A DNA stretch of 63,848 nt, the filler included, from Aduncisulcus paluster (lineage: Eukaryota), in the NCBI GenBank assembly GCA_024181965.1. It is 10 parts of 10 records of this genome, joined end to end, with 100 filler letters (N's around TTAATTAATTAA, not from the genome) between each part and the next. Parts side by side here need not be neighbours in the genome. Positions count along the whole stretch, not along the records: positions 55,635 to 63,848 come from BQXS01012388.1; 9 more parts are not named here. The stretch is one strand, 5' to 3'. Positions 57,827 through 63,848 of this stretch are shown one piece after another; position 1 is the stretch's first letter; each line of letters starts with the position of its first letter. The translations under genes were made by a program, and so were the position numbers. The notes under the pieces were generated by a model. That model saw only the letters and a list, made by a program, of their open reading frames with translations, did no database searches and was not told the origin of the DNA.

Positions 57827-60664
57827 TTACTTTTCTTCAATAAATCTTTGCAAGAACACTCCCTGTCGTTGACTTCTCCCTCCAGATGGTGGAGGTCTCA
57901 TGAGGGAATTAGCAACCAGATAACACAAGGGAGAAGGGGTGACTCCATTTACATGAGAATGACGGACTGTTTCCCTTATCAACGCCAAGATATACAGAAA
58001 TACGGCCCGATGTGAAGGGGAAAGGTCACACTCATTCTCAACGAATAATTTAGCTACTTGAGAAGAAGATGAGCAAGAACATGCTCGGTGATACATTGAT
58101 TGCGGAATAACCGGAAGTTTGAATGACTGTAAAAGTTGGAGAAGGACATTTCCAATGGAATAGGTCGATATATGTTCGGGGATATCTTTCATGTCATCGA
58201 GACATTGTCGAATGATGCACATTTCCTCCTTAACACCTCCTTCAATAAAGATCATTTCAGATTCAAATGCAGAACGTTTGACCAATTCATCACCAAGGCG
58301 CCACAGACAGAAAGGAATGTGAGTGCTTGAAATGGAGGATTCAGACTCTCCTTCTTTCTTCTCTTTCGGTTGATATGTATCATCAACTGTTTTATCGTCT
58401 TTCAAAGTTGTTTCTTTCTCATCTTTATATTCTTTCACGTGTTCCTTATCATCCTTCTCCGCGCATTTTCTCTCATCTTTGGCTTCCTTCTCTTCTTTGT
58501 GTGTGTCAAATTCTCCCAAAAAATCATTAATCACAACTTTCTTCTCTTCTCTCTCTTTCTCCTCTCCTTTCTCTTCTCCTTTCTCTTCTCTCTTCTCCTC
58601 CTCTTCTTTTTGTTTTTGGGGATCATTCTTTGATATTTCCACTTTATCCACCGATTCTGATACTGAAATATGTTGGTCCGAAGAAGAAATAGGAAGTTTA
58701 CGCGTTCCCCAACGACATAAATCCTCAATCTTTTGACCAAACACACTTGAAGAACCTTTCCATTCACATTCTACGAATAAAAATATATCTTTGCTGCCTC
58801 GAAGATGCAAGACAAGGATTTCCTCCAGTTTTTTGTCAACATTTCCATATTCTCGAACTGTGGACGTCGGAAAAGAGCATTTTATCTCAAGATCAACTGA
58901 ACCACCGACAGGGAGATCTGAAGAACATGGCGAAACAGAAAGCCAGGGAGGGAAGATCGAACTATTTCCAAGTTTAGATTTGAACGAGAAATGACAGGGA
59001 ACTCTGCCTGTATTTTGGAGGGTAACAGAAGCAGATTTCTCTTCAAAGAAGTGTATTTCACCAATCTTAATGATATGTTGGTTAACAGCTGCATCTGGAA
59101 AAGATTCATTTTCTGTCCGGTCTTTCTCAGAAATTATTTTTATATATTCTTTCTTTCTAATCTCAGTATCAACATCTCGAACACACATCGAAAAGAGAGA
59201 TATCACAGGTTTATGGTCAGAAATCATAATGGAAGGGGAATTTGTATATATATGGGGTAAAAGAGAGGGGAAAATCAGTGGAAGAGAAGAAGAAGAGGAA
59301 GAGGAGGAAGAGGAGGAGGAAGAAGAGGAGGAGGAAGAAGAGGAGGAGGAAGAGGGAGAGGAAGAGAAAAGTGAGGACAAGCCACCTAAACCACCAATCT
59401 TCTTCTCTTTGGACGATTTATGGTCATTTTTAGGATCAGAAAGAGGGATCAAATCAACAATTTTCCCTTCCTTCTTCCTTCGTCCTTGTCCTAAATGATC
59501 ACTCATATGAAAGAGAACACGATCACACCAGGCTGGACGTCTTACTTTTTCGGCTGTAGCCGGTTCATACGTGACGGTTCCTGGAATGAACTTGTATGTC
59601 GGGGGAAATTGAATTGCTGGCTCTGAAAACATGCTCCACACGGAAGGAGGGTCCTGGATTGCCTGTCTCATATGCATAGAAGAAGAGGAGGAAGAGGAGG
59701 AAGAGGAAGAAGAGGAAGATTCAGCTGGCCTCGGGATTGAAGGATGGGGAATTGGTCCAGATTCCATCATTGGCGATATTATGGCATCGTCTTCTACAAT
59801 GTCAGGATTCAAGGATGTCTCTTCAGAGCGGTGTGGAACACTTGTACTTGGATCGGGTTTGAAATCAGAGATTGTTTCACAACCACCCTTCAAACTTTGA
59901 GAAACACGGAATTGATCAAACTCCAAAAGTTCTGAATACGCAGCTCTCTCGATATAGCTTGCAGCCATCTCATAAGGACACACCTTCTTCAAACGATGGT
60001 TGAGGTCTCCAACAACAAAAAGATAATCCGCGTCAAAAATAGTTAGCGGGGTCTGACTCTGTTTTATATCTGTCACAATACACGATGGTTCTGATTTAAA
60101 TATCGTCCTTTTCTCAATTTCATAAAGATCTTGCTCTCGTTTCTGAGAGTTTTCAGCACCGGCGGCAAGATGGCAAGCACAAATGCATATCCGCGTAGCT
60201 TTGAATGTAAACATGGCCGTCACAGCTCCTTTGTTTCCCATCATACCCATGATTCCAGTTCCACAGGTTGAAACTTCCACTTTGCCTTCATCGACATATT
60301 GAACCATGTCACTCCGACAAAATATAAGCATATAAATACCAACCATCTGTTTGGCAACAAGAAGTTTGTAGGATCCTCGTTCACTTACAATAGTGGACAA
60401 AGCACTTCTCCAGGGAATAGAACGAGACGACTCTTTCTGAACAAGACCTGCAGCAGTAAGATCAATTTCTTGGAGTGAAATTATATATAATTCGGGTTTT
60501 ATACGTGGAGGAAGTTGACCCCAAATCCAATCACTCAAATTATCAGAAGGTTTTTTGTTATTTACATTAAATGTGGCTACAGCAATTTGAATATGAGACA
60601 AGACAGAATATTTTTCAGCTCTCTCTTTTAAAGAGATGCCAATGTTATATTCTCGAACATTCAT
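57827..60664 (-). CDS. OCRL/INPP5B-like inositol 5-phosphatase with ASH and RhoGAP-like domains
   Basis: TFNVN, GNKGAV, CHLAA, GDLNHR, PPTYKF, PAWCDRVL and SDHKPV motifs, followed by ASH and RhoGAP-like regions. Confidence 0.93.
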   Translation of the reverse strand: MNVREYNIGISLKERAEKYSVLSHIQIAVATFNVNNKKPSDNLSDWIWGQLPPRIKPELYIISLQEIDLTAAGLVQKESSRSIPWRSALSTIVSERGSYKLLVAKQMVGIYMLIFCRSDMVQYVDEGKVEVSTCGTGIMGMMGNKGAVTAMFTFKATRICICACHLAAGAENSQKREQDLYEIEKRTIFKSEPSCIVTDIKQSQTPLTIFDADYLFVVGDLNHRLKKVCPYEMAASYIERAAYSELLEFDQFRVSQSLKGGCETISDFKPDPSTSVPHRSEETSLNPDIVEDDAIISPMMESGPIPHPSIPRPAESSSSSSSSSSSSSSMHMRQAIQDPPSVWSMFSEPAIQFPPTYKFIPGTVTYEPATAEKVRRPAWCDRVLFHMSDHLGQGRRKKEGKIVDLIPLSDPKNDHKSSKEKKIGGLGGLSSLFSSSPSSSSSSSSSSSSSSSSSSSSSSSLPLIFPSLLPHIYTNSPSIMISDHKPVISLFSMCVRDVDTEIRKKEYIKIISEKDRTENESFPDAAVNQHIIKIGEIHFFEEKSASVTLQNTGRVPCHFSFKSKLGNSSIFPPWLSVSPCSSDLPVGGSVDLEIKCSFPTSTVREYGNVDKKLEEILVLHLRGSKDIFLFVECEWKGSSSVFGQKIEDLCRWGTRKLPISSSDQHISVSESVDKVEISKNDPQKQKEEEEKREEKGEEKGEEKEREEKKVVINDFLGEFDTHKEEKEAKDERKCAEKDDKEHVKEYKDEKETTLKDDKTVDDTYQPKEKKEGESESSISSTHIPFCLWRLGDELVKRSAFESEMIFIEGGVKEEMCIIRQCLDDMKDIPEHISTYSIGNVLLQLLQSFKLPVIPQSMYHRACSCSSSSQVAKLFVENECDLSPSHRAVFLYILALIRETVRHSHVNGVTPSPLCYLVANSLMRPPPSGGRSQRQGVFLQRFIEEK

Positions 60665-60923
60665 GGTGTTTTTCAGACAAAAAGAACTAATTTTCCAATA
60701 GGGCGGCTTATCGTGAAATAACTCTAACAACCAATATTAATTTATTAATAATATATCGAATAATTTCAAAATAATAAATAACAATCAAGTTTAATTGTTA
60801 AAATAATCAACAAAACCGTAAGTAAATGAGCTTACGATATTATAGGATAGTACGATAATTTCTAAGATCGTCATTCAAAAATTAATTACGTTAATACGTT
60901 ATAATATATATATTTCTTTGCAT

Positions 60924-61580
60924 CTATTTCTTTTTTAAATGACTCTGCCGTTTTTTTGCCATAAGTTTAATTGCTTCTTCTTTAAACAGTTGAACTCTCC
61001 ATTGTTGATAAGCTATACGTTTTTTCTCTCTTTCTTCGAGCCTTCGCTTCAAATCAGCCTTTCTTTGCTCTGGAGAGAGGACTTTCTTGTTAATATCAAT
61101 AAAACTCTTAGTTTTTGAAATTTTTGGTTTTAATTCTGAAGAAGATCCACTTGTAACAACTGGAGTGCGATCTTTATGGATGGGACACGACTTTGGACTA
61201 TCATACCGATGGGCTAATGGAGATTTCGGAGGAAGTGTATGTCCTGGAGATGATAAATCGCTCCATTCTTCTTGAATATCATCTAATTCTCCAACAGAAG
61301 CTGATAATTTAAAACGAGATGCAAGGTGAGTGGGATCATTATGATGCTTAATAACTTTTTCAGACATAGAAGACATTTGGTGAATCGTTCTCGCCCGAGG
61401 TTCTTTATGTTTATGTTTGATATATGTTTTTGGACGCTTGTCACTTTGAATTGTATGAGATCTAACTCTTTCCGGGAGTGAAGTATGCTTAATGGATTCA
61501 GCACGAGATTCCGATATACTAATATCTTCCATATAATCTAACCGGGGAGATGCAATATCGGCCCAAGTATCATGATCCAT
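60924..61580 (-). CDS. Hypothetical protein
   Basis: 218-aa ATG ORF with a basic C-terminal helix. Confidence 0.7.
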   Translation of the reverse strand: MDHDTWADIASPRLDYMEDISISESRAESIKHTSLPERVRSHTIQSDKRPKTYIKHKHKEPRARTIHQMSSMSEKVIKHHNDPTHLASRFKLSASVGELDDIQEEWSDLSSPGHTLPPKSPLAHRYDSPKSCPIHKDRTPVVTSGSSSELKPKISKTKSFIDINKKVLSPEQRKADLKRRLEEREKKRIAYQQWRVQLFKEEAIKLMAKKRQSHLKKK

Positions 61581-61888
61581 TTGTGATGTTTGAGCGAAGA
61601 AAACCGGGTTGAGAAATTATCTCGAAGAAAAAGGCATGTTAGGAATATTTAAACAATTAAATGCAGGAAACAATCAATTATGAATTGATTTTGCCTTTTA
61701 TTTTGTCTAATCTGAAGTTTGGGAAGCCTTCCGGATTTGAAATCTGTATACCTGTAAATATTTTGAATAAAACTATATTTAGACCACATTTAAAATTAAC
61801 AATGTTAGGTATCTAAGTTTTGTCTTCTATTTACCTCTATGAAACAATTAAAGACATTTTACCTCCACTTTCTCCTCTTGACATTAAT

Positions 61889-63848
61889 ATGAACATCTCA
61901 AAAGGTAAAAAGTATTTAGAAATGGCTGCGGCTACTTCATTTACTACTCCACACCTTTCTTATGCCTTCAGAGTTGCTGGGATTTATTCATTATTGAGTA
62001 TTCCGTATAAAAGAAAATATGATAAAGCATTAGTTAAAAGTTCACTTGATTCTGTGACTTCTATTGATATAAAAAAGCTCCTTGTTCCTGAAATTGATAT
62101 TGTTGAAAAAACAATTCGACCTCCATTGGTGTCTCAGCTTGATGAGGCATCAAACATGTTTTTTGCTTCCTTTGAGCTTACTAAGAGTTTGGACATATCA
62201 GGACCTCATGATATGGAGCTTATTTCCCGATATGATGATTCAATTTCGTATGCTGACATTATTTTATTTACATCCACTTCCAAAATTGAAATAGCTAAAA
62301 TCTCCCAGAAAAAAAAGTTTCTTTTGCTTCGTAAAAAAGAAATTTTACTCCATATAAAGAAAGGAATTCCTCTTCCACCTCATCCTGACAAGTCGCAAGA
62401 AGATATAGAAATCGAGAGTGAAATGGAAATTATGGCAAGAGAAATTGAAAAAGAAGAGGAGGAAAAAAAGGAAGAAGAGGAGAAAAGAAGGAAAGAAGAA
62501 GAAAAGGCGTTGGAATATAAGAAAAAACTCCTTGAATTAGAAAAGGCCAAGAAAAAAGAAGATGAAGAAAAGAAATCTGCTGAATTGTTGACCAAATCGC
62601 ATGTTCCATTTAAAATTAAGAAATATGGTATTATTGAAACACCCACCAATGGTAATTCTCTCATCTCTTCCTCGTTTTCTTATCCGAAGCAGCCCTCTCT
62701 TCCTCCTTATCCTAAATCTACTCCTTCAATTCTTGATACAAAACAACCTGAGATAAAACCTTTCAATCTTCTTTCTTTCTTCTCGCCAGAAGAGGTTGCC
62801 ATGATGCGCCAGCCTGATCAGGATATTTCTATAAATAGTGCTAACATGAGAAAGAAGAAAGAGGAGGCAGAGAAAGAAGAGAGAAGGAAAAAAGAGGAAA
62901 AGAAAAGGATGGAAGAGGAAGAAAAGAAGAGGAAGAAAGAGGAAGAAGAGAAAAAGAGAAGAGAAGAAGAAGAAAAGAGAAGAGAAGAAGAAGAAATAGA
63001 GAGAAAAGAAGCTGAACAACGCAGGAGAAAAGAAGAAGAGAGGAAGAAAAGTCAACAGCCCTCAGCAGCTTGGGATTTATGGATTTTGAATAGAGAGTCT
63101 GAAGAAAAAAAGAAAGAAGAGGAGAAGAAAAAACTGGAAGAAAAAAGGAAAAAGCAAAAGGAAGAAAGAAAGAGAAGAGAAGAAGAAGAAAGAAAGAGAA
63201 GAGAGGAAGAGGAAAGAAAGAGAAGAGAGGAAGAGGAAAGAAAGAGAAGAGAGGAAGAGGAAAGAAAGAGAAGAGAAGAAGAGGAAAGAAAGAGAAGAGA
63301 AGAAGAAGAAAGAAAGAGAAGAGAAGAAGAGGAAAGAAAGAGAAGAGAAGAAGAAGAAAGAAAACGAAGAGAAGAAGAAGAAAGAAAGAGAAGAGAAGAA
63401 GAAGAAAGAAAGAGAAGAGAGGAAGAGGAAAGAAAGAGAAGAGAAGAAGAGGAAAGAAAGAGAAGAGAAGAAGAGGAAAGAAAGAGAAGAGAAGAAGAAG
63501 AAAGAAAGAGAAGAGAAGAAGAAGAAAGAAAGAGAAGAGAGGAAGAGGAAAGAAAGAGAAGAGAAGAAGAGGAAAGAAAGAGAAGAGAAGAAGAAGAAAG
63601 AAAGAGAAGAGAAGAAGAGGAAAGAAAGAGAAGAGAAGAAGAAGAAAGAAAGAGAAGAGAAGAAGAAGAAAGAAAGAGAAGAGAAGAAGAGGAAAGAAAG
63701 AGAAGAGAAGAAGAAAGAAAGAGATTAGAAGAAGAGAAAACCATTAGTTTAATCAGTAAGCTGTTAAATCAAGGCAAGGATTTCCTGTCCAAAGATGACA
63801 AGGATGGTCTTATAAAATCAATATCAACGATTCTTGAAAAACTCGACT
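61889..63848 (+). CDS. Partial protein with a long E/R/K single-alpha-helix region
   Basis: Open plus frame to the window end, absent from the ORF track because it has no stop. It may start at 61802 via a 45-nt intron (61809-61853). Confidence 0.8.
   Translation, partial: MNISKGKKYLEMAAATSFTTPHLSYAFRVAGIYSLLSIPYKRKYDKALVKSSLDSVTSIDIKKLLVPEIDIVEKTIRPPLVSQLDEASNMFFASFELTKSLDISGPHDMELISRYDDSISYADIILFTSTSKIEIAKISQKKKFLLLRKKEILLHIKKGIPLPPHPDKSQEDIEIESEMEIMAREIEKEEEEKKEEEEKRRKEEEKALEYKKKLLELEKAKKKEDEEKKSAELLTKSHVPFKIKKYGIIETPTNGNSLISSSFSYPKQPSLPPYPKSTPSILDTKQPEIKPFNLLSFFSPEEVAMMRQPDQDISINSANMRKKKEEAEKEERRKKEEKKRMEEEEKKRKKEEEEKKRREEEEKRREEEEIERKEAEQRRRKEEERKKSQQPSAAWDLWILNRESEEKKKEEEKKKLEEKRKKQKEERKRREEEERKRREEEERKRREEEERKRREEEERKRREEEERKRREEEERKRREEEERKRREEEERKRREEEERKRREEEERKRREEEERKRREEEERKRREEEERKRREEEERKRREEEERKRREEEERKRREEEERKRREEEERKRREEEERKRREEEERKRREEEERKRREEEERKRREEERKRLEEEKTISLISKLLNQGKDFLSKDDKDGLIKSISTILEKLD
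63161..63722 (+). repeat. 24-bp coding tandem repeat (ERKRREEE), about 23 copies
   Basis: Unit gaaagaaagagaagagaagaagar, directly visible. Confidence 0.95.

Noticed and set aside
61802..61853. ATG followed by in-frame TAA here and at about 61637-61617, suggesting TAA=Gln as in hexamitids
   Set aside because: Conserved genes end in TAA/TAG and long ORFs have no internal TAR codons. A short intron or chance explains both cases.

Overview
Draft-assembly window of a compact, AT-rich eukaryotic genome using the standard genetic code, with short GT-AG introns (mostly GTATGT donors). Ten separate contigs are concatenated with artificial N50-TTAATTAATTAA-N50-type linkers. Five 20-N scaffold gaps are flanked by duplicated sequence. 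Gene content suggests a free-living flagellated protist, plausibly a Carpediemonas-like fornicate such as Aduncisulcus (inference): internalin-like LRRs, an expanded divergent kinase family, an ODA docking-complex subunit and a plant/trypanosome-type iPGM. Recognisable genes include Vps53, Tsr2, RPL7, iPGM, Utp12/WDR3, a CCDC114/ODA-DC2-like protein, a Rab-like GTPase, an EF-hand/WD40 protein, a Dbf4-like protein, Nop10, a GH130 enzyme, ANKRD13 and OCRL/INPP5B, plus the 3' end of a chromodomain Ty3/Gypsy element. The top finding is missing from the ORF track: a 75-aa Rdx/SelW-like gene (7887-8114, minus) with an in-frame UGA in a GFG-U-C motif. Its 3' UTR carries a SECIS-like hairpin whose core is non-canonical. 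Other highlights are a Nop10 retaining the archaeal CxxC/CxxC zinc ribbon, a possible helix-only survivin-like microprotein, and an unnamed beta-rich domain found both standalone and fused to kinases.
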